From Thermococcus sp. JdFR-02 (GTDB taxonomy: Archaea > Methanobacteriota_B > Thermococci > Thermococcales > Thermococcaceae): DNA of 64,000 nucleotides. Position 1 is the first letter of the stretch, and each line of letters opens with the position of its first letter. Position numbers and translations under genes: made by a program. Where the stretch lies: assembly GCA_002009975.1 (NCBI GenBank), contig MTLP01000042.1:64001-128000 (forward strand), read 5' to 3'. Of this stretch, positions 50,903 to 61,048 are shown in pieces. The notes beneath the pieces were generated by a model that saw nothing but the letters and a program-made list of their open reading frames with translations, ran no database searches and was not told the DNA's origin.

Positions 50903-52810
50903 ATGGGTGAGAGGGAAATTGTTGAAATAAATAAATCAAGCTCAAAGGTTGAGCCTTTGGAGTTAGGTGTTGATTTTGAAACAACTGAAGAAATTGAGGT
51001 ACCTCAAAAGCTAATTGATCAAGTTATTGGACAAGAACATGCGGTAGAGGTTATAAAAACAGCTGCAAAGCAAAAACGTCACGTACTTTTAATAGGAGAG
51101 CCGGGAACAGGAAAATCAATGTTAGGACAAGCAATGGCAGAGCTGTTGCCAACAGAGGAGTTAGAGGATATTCTAGTTTTCCCAAACCCTGAAGATGAAA
51201 ACATGCCAAAAATCAAAGTTGTTCCAGCTTGTCAAGGAAAAAGAATCGTTGAGCATTATAGAGAAAAAGCAAAAAGTCAAGAAAGCATAAAGTCCTACCT
51301 CTTACTTTTCGTGCTTTTTGTTGTAATGCTAGCAGTTCTAATGGATCCAAGCTCACAAACTTTACTCTTTGGAGTATTTGTGCTCATAATTTCAGTAATG
51401 GCAATCTCCAACTTAAGGCTAAAAAGTCAAGCCCTTGTTCCAAAACTCTTAGTTGACAACTGTGGAAAGAATAAAGCACCATTTGTTGATGCAACTGGCG
51501 CTCACGCAGGTGCATTGCTTGGTGATGTTAGACACGACCCATTCCAAAGTGGTGGCTTAGGAACTCCAGCACATGAAAGAGTAGAGCCTGGAATGATACA
51601 TAGAGCTCATAAGGGAGTCCTCTTTATAGATGAGGTTGCAACTTTAAGCATAAAAATGCAACAGAACCTCTTAACAGCAATGCAAGAGAAAAAAATGCCG
51701 ATTACCGGACAAAGCGAACTTTCAAGTGGTGCAATGGTTAGAACTGAGCCTGTTCCATGTGATTTCATCTTAATAGCTGCTGGAAACCTTGACACAGTGG
51801 ATAAAATGCACCCCGCTTTAAGATCAAGAATTAGAGGTTACGGTTACGAGGTTTATATGAGAGTTACAATGCCAGACACACTTGAAAATAGGAAAAAGCT
51901 TGTGCAATTCGTTGCTCAAGAAGTTAGGAGAGATGGGAGAATACCACACTTTACGAAGGATGCAGTTGAGGAGATAGTTAGAGAAGCCCAAAAGAGGGCT
52001 GGGAGAAAGGGACACTTAACCTTAAGGCTTAGAGATCTAGGTGGAGTAGTTAGAGCTGCGGGAGATATAGCCGTTAGAGAAGGAGCAAAATACGTAACTA
52101 GAGAGCATGTATTAACGGCATTACAATTAGCAAAACCATTAGAAAAGCAGTTAGCTGATTGGTACATTGAGAGAAAGAAGGAATACCAAGTCATTAAGAG
52201 CGAGGGTGGAGAAATTGGAAGAGTTAATGGATTGGCAGTTATTGGAGAACAGAGCGGTATCGTTTTACCAATTGAAGCTGTAGTTGCACCTGCAGCAAGT
52301 AGGGAAGAAGGTAAAATTATAGTTACTGGAAAGCTCGGGGAAATAGCAAAAGAAGCTGTTCAAAACGTATCCGCAATAATTAAGCGTTACAAGGGTGAGG
52401 ATATAAGCAATTACGATATTCACGTCCAATTCCTTCAAACTTATGAAGGCGTTGAAGGAGACAGTGCAAGCATTAGCGTTGCAACCGCAGTTATCTCAGC
52501 TTTAGAAGAAATTCCAATCAAGCAAAGTGTTGCAATGACAGGTTCGCTAAGTGTTAGAGGAGAAGTTTTACCCATTGGTGGAGCAACTCCAAAGATTGAA
52601 GCCGCTATTGAAGCTGGAATAAAAACGGTGATTATTCCAAAGAGCAATGAGAAAGATGTATTCCTAAGCCCAGATAAAGCTGCAAAAATTGAGATAATTC
52701 CAGTTGAGACAATAGATCAAGTGTTGGAGATAGCTCTAGAAGATTGTGAGAAGAAAGAGGATTTAATTAAGAAGGTTAGAGAGGCTTTGCCTTTAGGAAA
52801 GGCATCTTAA
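50903..52810 (+). CDS. lonB: Membrane-anchored archaeal Lon protease, intein-free
   Basis: GEPGTGKS, two TM helices within AAA domain, FIDE, EGDSAS catalytic Ser and downstream Lys. Confidence 0.96.
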   Translation: MGEREIVEINKSSSKVEPLELGVDFETTEEIEVPQKLIDQVIGQEHAVEVIKTAAKQKRHVLLIGEPGTGKSMLGQAMAELLPTEELEDILVFPNPEDENMPKIKVVPACQGKRIVEHYREKAKSQESIKSYLLLFVLFVVMLAVLMDPSSQTLLFGVFVLIISVMAISNLRLKSQALVPKLLVDNCGKNKAPFVDATGAHAGALLGDVRHDPFQSGGLGTPAHERVEPGMIHRAHKGVLFIDEVATLSIKMQQNLLTAMQEKKMPITGQSELSSGAMVRTEPVPCDFILIAAGNLDTVDKMHPALRSRIRGYGYEVYMRVTMPDTLENRKKLVQFVAQEVRRDGRIPHFTKDAVEEIVREAQKRAGRKGHLTLRLRDLGGVVRAAGDIAVREGAKYVTREHVLTALQLAKPLEKQLADWYIERKKEYQVIKSEGGEIGRVNGLAVIGEQSGIVLPIEAVVAPAASREEGKIIVTGKLGEIAKEAVQNVSAIIKRYKGEDISNYDIHVQFLQTYEGVEGDSASISVATAVISALEEIPIKQSVAMTGSLSVRGEVLPIGGATPKIEAAIEAGIKTVIIPKSNEKDVFLSPDKAAKIEIIPVETIDQVLEIALEDCEKKEDLIKKVREALPLGKAS

Positions 52811-52867
52811 TTTAACTCTCTTTAAACTTTTTCTTCTTCATTAATATCTAAGCAAAGGACCGAGAAC

Positions 52868-53584
52868 TTATTGAGTTTGAGCACGTATAACCCTCCAAAG
52901 CTCCTCAATTTGAGAAATAGCTTCAACTTCTTTACCTTCTAAACTCTCGTAAATAAGTCTTTGACTAAATGGAATAACAATATCAGGATTTATATTGATT
53001 TTCTCTAAAATATCTGGCAGAGCTTTGTTCAAAACTAACACATGCTTTAGGTTTGCTTTCTTAGAGAATTCTTCAATCTTTTTTGAAAGCTCCAAAGATT
53101 CTAAGCTTGGTTCTGCAACGTTTACTATAACATCAACTTCCAAATCTATTCCTCTTCCAAAATGCTCTATTCCCGCTTCTGTGTCAACTAAAACTACTTC
53201 TCCGTTTCTCACTTTTAGCCCTCTTAAAAACTCTTTAGCCAAAACGCCGTAGGGACATGCACAGCCTTCACCAACGTTCTCAATTTTTCCTATAGACATA
53301 ACAGCTAAGTTTCCCTGTCTTGAAAGGACTTCCTCAGGAATATCGTTAAAGTTCCACGAAAAGTTCAAGCCTTCATTCATACGAGATTTTAGGACTTTCT
53401 TTCCTCCCAAATACTCAGTTAATGTTTTAGCTTTTTTCAAGCCTAGCATTCTGTAAAGTCCGGGGTTTGATTCATCAGCATCAACTATCAAAACTCTAGA
53501 TCTCTTATTTGAAAGATATTTTCCAAGCATTGCAGTTATCGTGCTTTTTCCACAACCACCTTTTCCACACACGAGAACTTTCAT
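52868..53584 (-). CDS. CooC-like (MinD/SIMIBI) metal-insertion ATPase
   Basis: GKGGCGKST, GCAC metal motif, DTEAGIEHFGRG. Confidence 0.85.
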   Translation of the reverse strand: MKVLVCGKGGCGKSTITAMLGKYLSNKRSRVLIVDADESNPGLYRMLGLKKAKTLTEYLGGKKVLKSRMNEGLNFSWNFNDIPEEVLSRQGNLAVMSIGKIENVGEGCACPYGVLAKEFLRGLKVRNGEVVLVDTEAGIEHFGRGIDLEVDVIVNVAEPSLESLELSKKIEEFSKKANLKHVLVLNKALPDILEKININPDIVIPFSQRLIYESLEGKEVEAISQIEELWRVIRAQTQ

Positions 53585-53676
53585 TTGGTATCACCCAATT
53601 TAGAGATAGTAATATCAATTAAAAAAGTTCTGCATTAAGGTATTATCAATAAAGTTTCAATGACTTTTGGTTTTAA

Positions 53677-53690
53677 TGTGCATATGCACA
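53677..53690. promoter_or_regulatory. Perfect 14-bp palindrome TGTGCATATGCACA adjacent to TATA box
   Basis: Read directly; followed by AAGTTTATAT, 43 bp before NifX-like ATG. Confidence 0.65.
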
Positions 53691-53733
53691 AAGTTTATAT
53701 GAAAAGGTTCTCATATTCTGGTTGGTGATTTAA

Positions 53734-54108
53734 ATGAGAATAGCTATCCCATCAAAAGACAACAAGGGTTTAGAAAGTGAAGTCTGTGAGCATTTTGGAA
53801 GAGCTAAATATTTCACATTCGTTGACATCGAGAATGGTAAGATTAAGAGCATTGAAGTTGTTGAAGTTCCTTTTGAAGAACATAACCCTGGAGATCTGCC
53901 AAACTTCATAAGAGAGCACAACGGAGAATTGGTTTTAGCCTATGGAATGGGAAGAAGGGCAATGGTCTACTTTGAGAGTCTTGGCACTCAAGTAATTACT
54001 GGGGCTTATGGGAAAATTAAGGATGTAGTTGAAGATTTTATAAATCAAAGCTTGAAGATTGATAGGGATTGGAGGAAAAAAGGAGATTTTGGAAAGCATG
54101 AGCACTGA
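53734..54108 (+). CDS. NifB/NifX-family (FeMo-co binding-like) protein
   Basis: RIAIP, HFGRA.YF, GMG.RA. Confidence 0.88.
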   Translation: MRIAIPSKDNKGLESEVCEHFGRAKYFTFVDIENGKIKSIEVVEVPFEEHNPGDLPNFIREHNGELVLAYGMGRRAMVYFESLGTQVITGAYGKIKDVVEDFINQSLKIDRDWRKKGDFGKHEH

Positions 54109-54204
54109 TTTTTTTGTATGTTATAAAAGAACTAAAGTTACTGCGACAGATATATGAAAATCTTTTTATATGATACTTTTTTCATATTTAATTCGGTGAC
54201 AAAG

Positions 54205-54603
54205 ATGGGCAATATTGAAGCACCTATAATTGGAAAGGATGCTTTGGGAAGAAAAGTTGAAGATTTAAGTGTAGTTTCTTGGTGGGGAATAGACAGAAAA
54301 GAAATTGAGTGGTATCCAAAGATTGAGTACAATAAATGCTCTAGCTGTGGTCTGTGCTTCGTAACCTGTGGAAGAAGGGTCTTTGATTGGGATATCGAAA
54401 GTGTAAAGCCAATAGTTGCTCATCCATACAACTGTATGGTTGGATGCAACACTTGTGCAATGCTTTGTCCATGTGAGGCTATTAAATTTCCAGATAAAAG
54501 CTATCTAAGAAAAGTGACTACTAAAGCAAGAGTAGTTAAGAAGGCTTTGGCAATAGTTAATTCCATAGTATTAAACAGTGAAAAAGAAAAATCAAAGACC
54601 TAA
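54205..54603 (+). CDS. 2x[4Fe-4S] ferredoxin-family protein
   Basis: CSSCGLCFVTC and CMVGCNTCAMLCP; GGTGA RBS before ATG 54205. Confidence 0.85.
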   Translation: MGNIEAPIIGKDALGRKVEDLSVVSWWGIDRKEIEWYPKIEYNKCSSCGLCFVTCGRRVFDWDIESVKPIVAHPYNCMVGCNTCAMLCPCEAIKFPDKSYLRKVTTKARVVKKALAIVNSIVLNSEKEKSKT

Positions 54604-54912
54604 AAGCTTTTTTAACTTTTCTTCTACCTCTTCCTTTCTTCGCACCAAATTTTGTCTCCCGACTTCCTTACCTTTTCTCAAATAGACAAGCGTTGGCACA
54701 TTTAAGATATCAAAGCTCTGAGCAACCATTAAGTGCTTATTTATGTCAACTTCCCAAAACTTTACGTGTCCATACTCTTCACTCAACTCTTTCATGAAAG
54801 GCTCAATCATTCTACAAGGAGGGCAACCAGGAGAAGAAAACCAGAGAAGGGCATATTTTGCCCTCTTAATTCTCCCAAAGTCACCATCAAATTCTTTTAT
54901 CATCACTCTCAC
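54592..54912 (-). CDS. Thioredoxin
   Basis: F.SPGCPPC, VPT; 1 nt downstream of copA. Confidence 0.88.
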   Translation of the reverse strand: MRVMIKEFDGDFGRIKRAKYALLWFSSPGCPPCRMIEPFMKELSEEYGHVKFWEVDINKHLMVAQSFDILNVPTLVYLRKGKEVGRQNLVRRKEEVEEKLKKLLGL

Positions 54913-54913
54913 C

Positions 54914-57322
54914 TCAAATCCTAGCTTTCTTCAAAACTAACGAATTTGTAACCACACTAACACTACTCAATGACATTGCTCCAGCAGCCCATTCTGGTCT
55001 AAACTGTATCCCAAAGAGGACATAAGCTAAGCCAGCCGCTATTGGTATTAAGATTATGTTGTAAATCATAGCCCAGAAGAAGTTTTGCTTAATTTTTGAG
55101 AGCGTCTTTTGGCTGAGCTTTATTGCCTTAACCACATCTCTTAAGTCATTCTTCATGAGCACTATTTCACCGCTTTCCATTGCAATATCTGTGCCCGATG
55201 ACACGGCTATACCTATGTCTGCTTGGGCTAAAGCAGGTGCGTCGTTTATACCGTCTCCCACAAAGATAACTACTTCTCCCTTTTCTTGAAGCTTCTTCAC
55301 TTCGTTAGCCTTATCTTGAGGCAAAACCTCTGCTAGGACATAGTCTATATCAAGTTGCCTTGCTATTGCATTTGCAGTTCTTCTGTTATCTCCTGTGATC
55401 ATTCCAACTTTCTTACCCATCTTGTGAAGCTCTTCTATCGCTTCTTTTGCATGCTCTTTTATTGTATCTGCAATCCCAATAACGCCCACTATTCTGCCAT
55501 CAATTGCAACTATTATTGCTGTTTTTGCCTCATCTTCAAGCTTATGAAGAGCTTTTTCTACACTTTCTTCAATTGCGTAGCCGTTTTCTTTGAATAATTT
55601 CCTGTTTCCTGCTAAAATCTCTTTTTCATCTACTACTGCCCTCACACCTTTTCCTGTTATTGCCTCAAAGCTTTTCGGCTCTTTAATCTCTAAGCCAAGC
55701 TCTTGGGCTTTTCTAACTATTGCCTCTCCCAATGGATGCTCTGAACGCTTCTCTGCTGAAGCTACTAAGCTTAAAAGTTCTTTCTCATCCATGCCAAAAG
55801 GTATTATATCAGTAACCTCTGGCTTTCCTTTTGTTAGTGTTCCCGTTTTATCAAAGAGCACCACAGTAGCTTTCCTCGCTATCTCAAGCACTTCACCGTT
55901 CTTAATTAAAATTCCCATTTCAGCACCTTTGCCCATTCCAACAGTTAAAGCCGTTGGAGTTGCTAGACCAAATGCACATGGACAGGCTATTACTAAAACG
56001 CTGATTAGTGTTGTAAATGCAAAAATCAAAGGCTGCTTCGCTATAAAACCCCAATATACAAAGGATGCAAGGGCAATTGTTAGAACTATTGGAATGAAAT
56101 ATGTGACTACTTTATCGGCTATTCTTTGAATGGGTGGTCTTGTGTTTTGTGCTTCCTCTACAAGCTTGATAATTTGGGCTAAAACAGTATCTCCACCAAC
56201 TCTTTTTGCCTCAATTTTCAAAACTGAGTTTTTGTTGATCGTTCCACCAATTACCTCATCTCCTTTCTTCTTCAAGTTTGGAATTGGCTCCCCAGTTATC
56301 ATGGACTCATCGACATAGCTTTCCCCTTCAATTACAACGCCATCAACTGGAACTTTTTCTCCGGGTTTCACTATTACAGTATCTCCAACTTTAACCTGCG
56401 TTATTGGAACCTCGATTTCCCTCCCATCTCTAATTACAGTAGCTTTTTTAGCTTGAAGTCCCATTAGCTTTTTAATTGCCTCGCTTGTCCTTCCTTTTGC
56501 AACATGTTCCAAATATCTTCCAAGGAGAAGGAAGGCTAACAATAGCACACTTGCTTCGTAAAAGTTGTACTCCTTGGGCAAAATTCCAATTGTTGCTAAA
56601 ACACTGGCTATATAAGCTGAACCCACACCCATTGAATACATTACATCCATGTTGAGCGTTTTGTGTCTTAATGCTCTTATAGCGGCTAAGAACATCCCCT
56701 TCCCAGAATAAGCAATAACTGGCGTTGCTAATGCAAGCTGTATCCACAGCATATATGGAATCTCAAAATCAAATCCAAAAAGCCATCTATAAGTCATTAA
56801 GGTTATTATTCCTCCGAATGTCCAAGCAACGATAAGTTTTTTCTTCATGTCTCTTAGATAATTCTCCCTCGCTTCCTTTTCTATGTCTATGCTCTCTTCC
56901 CCCTCGACCCCTAAAAACTTATATCCAAACTCTTCTATTGTTTTTTGAATATCGTCCATGCTAATTAATGTTGGATCATAACTAACTGTAGCTTTCTCAG
57001 TTGCAAGATTAACTTTAACATCCAGAACTCCTGGAAGTTCCTTCAACGCCATTTCTATTGTTTTCACACATGATGCACAACTCATGCCGCCAATTTTAAT
57101 TATTGCATTCCTCTTTTCCCTAACAACACCGTAACCAACACTTTCTATCGCCCTAATTATTTGAGTTATACCCACTTTTGATTCATCAAATTTAATATAT
57201 GCACTTTCTGTTGCTAGATTAACTTTTGCCTCTTTTACACCATCCAAATCTTTAAGTGCCATTTCTATGGTTTTAGCACACGATGCACAACTCATTCCAG
57301 TAATCTTAATATTCATCTCCAT
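54914..57322 (-). CDS. copA: Cu(I)-exporting P1B-1 ATPase
   Basis: Two GMSCASC HMA domains, TGE, CPC, DKTGT, HP, GDGINDAP, YN, MxxSS. Confidence 0.96.
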   Translation of the reverse strand: MEMNIKITGMSCASCAKTIEMALKDLDGVKEAKVNLATESAYIKFDESKVGITQIIRAIESVGYGVVREKRNAIIKIGGMSCASCVKTIEMALKELPGVLDVKVNLATEKATVSYDPTLISMDDIQKTIEEFGYKFLGVEGEESIDIEKEARENYLRDMKKKLIVAWTFGGIITLMTYRWLFGFDFEIPYMLWIQLALATPVIAYSGKGMFLAAIRALRHKTLNMDVMYSMGVGSAYIASVLATIGILPKEYNFYEASVLLLAFLLLGRYLEHVAKGRTSEAIKKLMGLQAKKATVIRDGREIEVPITQVKVGDTVIVKPGEKVPVDGVVIEGESYVDESMITGEPIPNLKKKGDEVIGGTINKNSVLKIEAKRVGGDTVLAQIIKLVEEAQNTRPPIQRIADKVVTYFIPIVLTIALASFVYWGFIAKQPLIFAFTTLISVLVIACPCAFGLATPTALTVGMGKGAEMGILIKNGEVLEIARKATVVLFDKTGTLTKGKPEVTDIIPFGMDEKELLSLVASAEKRSEHPLGEAIVRKAQELGLEIKEPKSFEAITGKGVRAVVDEKEILAGNRKLFKENGYAIEESVEKALHKLEDEAKTAIIVAIDGRIVGVIGIADTIKEHAKEAIEELHKMGKKVGMITGDNRRTANAIARQLDIDYVLAEVLPQDKANEVKKLQEKGEVVIFVGDGINDAPALAQADIGIAVSSGTDIAMESGEIVLMKNDLRDVVKAIKLSQKTLSKIKQNFFWAMIYNIILIPIAAGLAYVLFGIQFRPEWAAGAMSLSSVSVVTNSLVLKKARI

Positions 57323-57375
57323 GAGGATCCACCTCCAATTGATATTCTATTAAGAAGGATTATTGAAGTTATTTT

Positions 57376-57390
57376 TTGACAAAGTGTAAA
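57376..57390. promoter_or_regulatory. CopR-type box in copA/copR divergent promoter
   Basis: TTGACAAAGTGTAAA vs reported P. furiosus CopR motif TTNNCAWWWTGNNAA (1 mismatch). Confidence 0.65.
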
Positions 57391-57448
57391 TATAGGCAGG
57401 AAAATTTTTATAGTTTGAAAACTCAATAGACCCCATGGAGGGTTTAAG

Positions 57449-58051
57449 ATGGTAAAGCTTGATGAAGTTGATCTAAAGCTGATCTATTTGCTGAGAGATA
57501 ACTCAAGACTTAGCATTTCCGAGTTGGCAGAACTTTTAGGTTTAAGTAGACCAACAGTAAAGTCTCGGTTAGAGAAGTTAGAAAAGGAGGGAATAATTCA
57601 AAAATATACTATAAAGCTCTCTCCAGAACTTGAGAGGGCAGAAAACATAGTAATAATGATTGTAAAAACTGAAGACCCCGAAAGTCTTGAAAACTTCAAC
57701 GAAATCATTGAGATTAACAAATTTACAAGCAAAAAGCACGTCATAAAAGTTGCTGTGGAAAACATGAAACAGCTCAGACAAGTCATTGAAGGAGCAGGGT
57801 TTGAAGTAATTGAAATAATGCCTGTCTTAGAGATGAGGGAGAGGGAGAGACCTATTAAGATAAGGGTTCCATTCAAGTGTGATTACTGTGGGAAAGAGAT
57901 TGTTGAAGAACCTATCGTTTATAAATACCGCAACAAAGTTTATTTCTTCTGCTGTGAGACTTGCTTTAGAGAGTTTAAAAAAGCGAGGGAGAATATAGAG
58001 AAATTCAAACTATCTGAAGGACAAAAGGTAGAGGAGGCTCACAAGCACTAA
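57449..58051 (+). CDS. copR: Copper-responsive Lrp/AsnC regulator with TRASH domain
   Basis: N-terminal Lrp HTH; CDYCG...YFFCCETC TRASH; His-containing tail; divergent from copA. Confidence 0.9.
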   Translation: MVKLDEVDLKLIYLLRDNSRLSISELAELLGLSRPTVKSRLEKLEKEGIIQKYTIKLSPELERAENIVIMIVKTEDPESLENFNEIIEINKFTSKKHVIKVAVENMKQLRQVIEGAGFEVIEIMPVLEMRERERPIKIRVPFKCDYCGKEIVEEPIVYKYRNKVYFFCCETCFREFKKARENIEKFKLSEGQKVEEAHKH

Positions 58052-58685
58052 TGCAACTCCCATAGCTAAGTCTCCCCTACCACTTATTTTTGAGAAGCTG
58101 TTTAGAGCATTTTCTATTTTTGGAATTTTCTTTCCATAGTGGAAACTAACGGTAATTAGCAGTAAAGGTGCGATGAATATCAAGTTGTAAAATGCTAAGA
58201 GAGAAATTTTAACTCCAAAGCTAAAACTTTGGGAAAGAATTGAGGTAATGAGCAAATAGGGCGGTAGAGTGCATATCAACGATAAAACGGACATAACAGC
58301 TCCAACTGCAAAAGCACTTAATGGAGATGTTGCTTTTTCCAAAATTTTGTTACTTTTTTCTTTGAATGGATTTGAAAGCCTAACTTCCAGTGTTCCGAGA
58401 GCTCTTAGAATTTTATAAATCCCGACAGACAAACTAAACGCCACCTGTGAAGGAAAGCCCTATTTTTAGAATTTTTTGCTCATCAATTAAGGCTATCATT
58501 GAGAGCAGGAAAATTATCATAATGAACATGATTGGTCTCAGGGAATTTAAAAGCCCAAAAACTATAAGAGAAACTATTAAGCCTTCAGAATTAAATTCCT
58601 CAAATCCAGAACCATAAACATTTGGAAAAAAGAGTAAAGCGATCAAAATTGTAATTATTAAACCTCTTAACTTCAAAAGCATCAC
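58010..58685 (-). pseudogene. CcdA/DsbD-like membrane protein split at about 58434-58444
   Basis: Two consecutive hydrophobic ORFs in different frames overlapping 11 nt; second half has CTLPPY and YNLIF.APL. Confidence 0.65.
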
Positions 58686-58686
58686 C

Positions 58687-59040
58687 TCAATGTTCCATTG
58701 AAGGCTTACCTACGCGGAAAATTTCCACCGTTGAATTATCCTTCATACGTATATTGACTTTATCTCCTCTTGAGAGACATGGAACGTCAATTGGATGAGT
58801 ATAACGTACTTTTATTACCTCCTCATTAGCTTGTATTATAGCCGTACATGTAAGTGTTGTATAAGATTCATTTGGCACGCAATCTCTGTCTGCTAAAACC
58901 TTGGCACTTTCAGCATTTATTGGCTTTCCTTCAACCAAAGTGCCAATAAAAACATCTTGTCGCTCATTATTGTTTAGGGTTATAGAAAAAAGCAAAAAGA
59001 GGCTAGATAATACTATAAAAAGCAAGAAAAGCTTTTTCAT
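58687..59040 (-). CDS. Exported/membrane-anchored small beta protein with Cys/His residues
   Basis: N-terminal hydrophobic helix; DC.P, LTC, H....PCL, C-terminal MEH. Confidence 0.7.
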   Translation of the reverse strand: MKKLFLLFIVLSSLFLLFSITLNNNERQDVFIGTLVEGKPINAESAKVLADRDCVPNESYTTLTCTAIIQANEEVIKVRYTHPIDVPCLSRGDKVNIRMKDNSTVEIFRVGKPSMEH

Positions 59041-59072
59041 CTCATCACCTCATAAAAATAAAAAATTAAAGA

Positions 59073-59402
59073 TCATTCTTCATCTTCTTCAAAGCCCATC
59101 ATTCTTTCGCAATACTCGTGCATTTCCTTCCAGCCTTCGCCCATGTGCTCTTCCATCTCTTTTTCCATTTCTTCGTGCATTTCTGCAAAGTCTCCACTTT
59201 CCATAAATGCTTCCATTTCCTCATGCATGTCTTCATTCATCATTCCATGACCCATCATTCCACCGTGCATTCCCCAAACGGGCATTCTGAAACTTTTTTC
59301 ATAGTTATAGTTAAATCCCGAGTGAGCTAAGCCTATTGGAATTGCGATGAGCGCTCCAAGTAAAAATCCAACTAATATTGACTTCCACTCCATCTTTATC
59401 AC
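59073..59402 (-). CDS. Exported Met/His/Glu-rich putative copper-binding protein
   Basis: Signal peptide (LA-H), then MHGGMMGHGMM and repeated MHEEM units. Confidence 0.8.
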   Translation of the reverse strand: MIKMEWKSILVGFLLGALIAIPIGLAHSGFNYNYEKSFRMPVWGMHGGMMGHGMMNEDMHEEMEAFMESGDFAEMHEEMEKEMEEHMGEGWKEMHEYCERMMGFEEDEE

Positions 59403-59456
59403 CTTCTTTTGTTGTTCTATCTATATACTTTGAGCTAAATGCTAATAGGCTTATTA

Positions 59457-59471
59457 TTTTCAATATGAAAA
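59457..59471. promoter_or_regulatory. CopR-type box between Met-rich gene and methyltransferase
   Basis: TTTTCAATATGAAAA matches TTNNCAWWWTGNNAA exactly; weaker copy TTGCCGAAGTGTAAG at 59488. Confidence 0.7.
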
Positions 59472-59549
59472 AGTCATACATTTTGATTTGCCGAAGTGTA
59501 AGAACAAAATTAATTTAAAGTTTCCATATAGTTAAGTTCAGTGAGAAAG

Positions 59550-60158
59550 ATGTCCAAAACGGCTAAAAAGTATGATAGATTTTCGAAGATTTATGACCTT
59601 TTTGAAAGTCCAATGGAGATGAGAGCTTTTTCAAAGTACAGAAAGAAAGCGTTAAGCTTAGCTAGGGGTAAAGTCCTTGAAGTAGGTGTCGGGACTGGCA
59701 AAAATTTCCCCTATTATCCAAAAGATGTTGAAGTAATTGGGATAGACTTCAGCAAAGGAATGCTTGAAAAAGCTGAAAAAAGAAAGAAGGAGCTCGGTTT
59801 AGAAAATGTTAAGCTTCTCCTGATGGATGTACAAAACTTGGAGTTTGAGGACAATACTTTTGACACCGTTGTTAGCACCTTTGTGTTCTGCACAGTGCCT
59901 GATCCAATTAAAGGGCTAAAAGAGGTTTATAGGGTTTTAAAACCGGGAGGAAAGGCGATATTTTTGGAGCATATGAAAAGTGAATCAAAGCTTTTGAACA
60001 TTCCACTCTACCTAATGGACCCGATAATGAGAGCACTGGTGGGCACTTCAATGGTGAGGGAAACACAGAAGAACATTGGAAAAGCTGGCTTTAGGATAGA
60101 AAAGGTTGAAAATCTCTTTTTTGACATTGTGAGGTTCATAATTGCTACAAAAGATTAA
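59550..60158 (+). CDS. Class I SAM-dependent methyltransferase
   Basis: VLEVGVGTG, GIDFS..ML, FDTVV, RVLKPGG. Confidence 0.9.
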   Translation: MSKTAKKYDRFSKIYDLFESPMEMRAFSKYRKKALSLARGKVLEVGVGTGKNFPYYPKDVEVIGIDFSKGMLEKAEKRKKELGLENVKLLLMDVQNLEFEDNTFDTVVSTFVFCTVPDPIKGLKEVYRVLKPGGKAIFLEHMKSESKLLNIPLYLMDPIMRALVGTSMVRETQKNIGKAGFRIEKVENLFFDIVRFIIATKD

Positions 60159-60160
60159 CA

Positions 60161-60721
60161 CTATCTCCTATCGTTGAATCCTCTGAAATAGACTGTTGCT
60201 GGACAGCCTTTGCATCTCTTTTCATAGAGGTAACAGTCTCTACAAATCTTCCCGCATGGGGCTATTTCCTTCGTAGGAGAAATCTTAAGATCGATGAACT
60301 CTGGATAGGCTGGAGCCTCTCCAATGGACACATCCATACTTTTCACATTTTTAAGAGGTCTTATTGTGTTCTCTATTGTTGCTTCCAAGAGAAAATTGCT
60401 CTCCGCTATTAGGGCTATATTAAGGTTGTACTTTCCTGTTGTTGGTGCTACAAAGATTGTCCTGGGACATTTAGCGAAGATGTCTGCAAGTTTAATCGCT
60501 TCCTCCATACTCTCGACCTGCAAATTTACAACAGCACATTTAAAACCCCTCTCCTTTATGTTGAGGAGAGCTTTTATCGTGATGTCCTTTCGCTTGATCA
60601 GCTTTTCAAGCCTTTCTTTGACAGATGGATGGCTCAAGCCAAGTTCTTTCGCTATTTCTGTGAGCTTTGCACGCCCGTTCTTTCTCAGTATTTGATAAAT
60701 TTTCAAGTCCCTTTCGTCCAT
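60161..60721 (-). CDS. Lrp/AsnC regulator with C-terminal five-Cys cluster
   Basis: MDERD..I...L..NGR..L.EIA.ELG HTH; CGKICRDCYLYEKRCKGCP tail. Confidence 0.85.
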   Translation of the reverse strand: MDERDLKIYQILRKNGRAKLTEIAKELGLSHPSVKERLEKLIKRKDITIKALLNIKERGFKCAVVNLQVESMEEAIKLADIFAKCPRTIFVAPTTGKYNLNIALIAESNFLLEATIENTIRPLKNVKSMDVSIGEAPAYPEFIDLKISPTKEIAPCGKICRDCYLYEKRCKGCPATVYFRGFNDRR

Positions 60722-60727
60722 AACATC

Positions 60728-60744
60728 ACCTACATTTTGTAGGT
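60728..60744. promoter_or_regulatory. 7-3-7 palindrome ACCTACA-TTT-TGTAGGT, putative Lrp-type operator
   Basis: Perfect arms; overlaps regulator RBS and lies about 30 bp upstream of TATAAA of the divergent operon. Confidence 0.6.
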
Positions 60745-60813
60745 AATTACTTTAATTTTTGTGGAAAAATAATATAAATCTTTCTAAATACATACAAAAT
60801 TGAGGTGACTGCG

Positions 60814-61014
60814 ATGGAGAAAAATGAGGGAACAGTTGATAGAGTTGTAAGGACATTAGTAGGACTGGTCTTGCTTTCTCTTGGAGTCCTGAATATGGTG
60901 CCATACAAAACAGTAGTCCTTCTTATAGGACTTATAGCGATTGTCACGGGCTTAACCGGATTTTGCGCCATTTATAAACTTGTGGGCATAAATACCTGCA
61001 GAGGGCAATGTTGA
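60814..61014 (+). CDS. DUF2892 (YgaP-like) two-TM protein
   Basis: N.G..DR..R...G, TG..GFC..Y...GI.TC. Confidence 0.9.
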   Translation: MEKNEGTVDRVVRTLVGLVLLSLGVLNMVPYKTVVLLIGLIAIVTGLTGFCAIYKLVGINTCRGQC

Positions 61015-61048
61015 TAGCAACTTGCCACGAAGCGCAAAGGGATGTACT

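Noticed and set aside
622-52647. Many short Ser/Phe/Leu-rich ORFs opposite housekeeping genes (e.g. 2051-2524, 4908-5276, 16978-17379)
   Set aside because: Composition expected from antisense reading of Lys/Glu-rich genes; no independent evidence
55355-56747. Several ORFs overlapping copA (e.g. 55590-56129 +)
   Set aside because: Antisense or off-frame shadows of a strongly supported gene, with no motifs
59118-59330. His/Phe-rich 70-aa ORF on + strand
   Set aside because: Mirror image of the ATG/GAA-rich Met/Glu gene on the - strand
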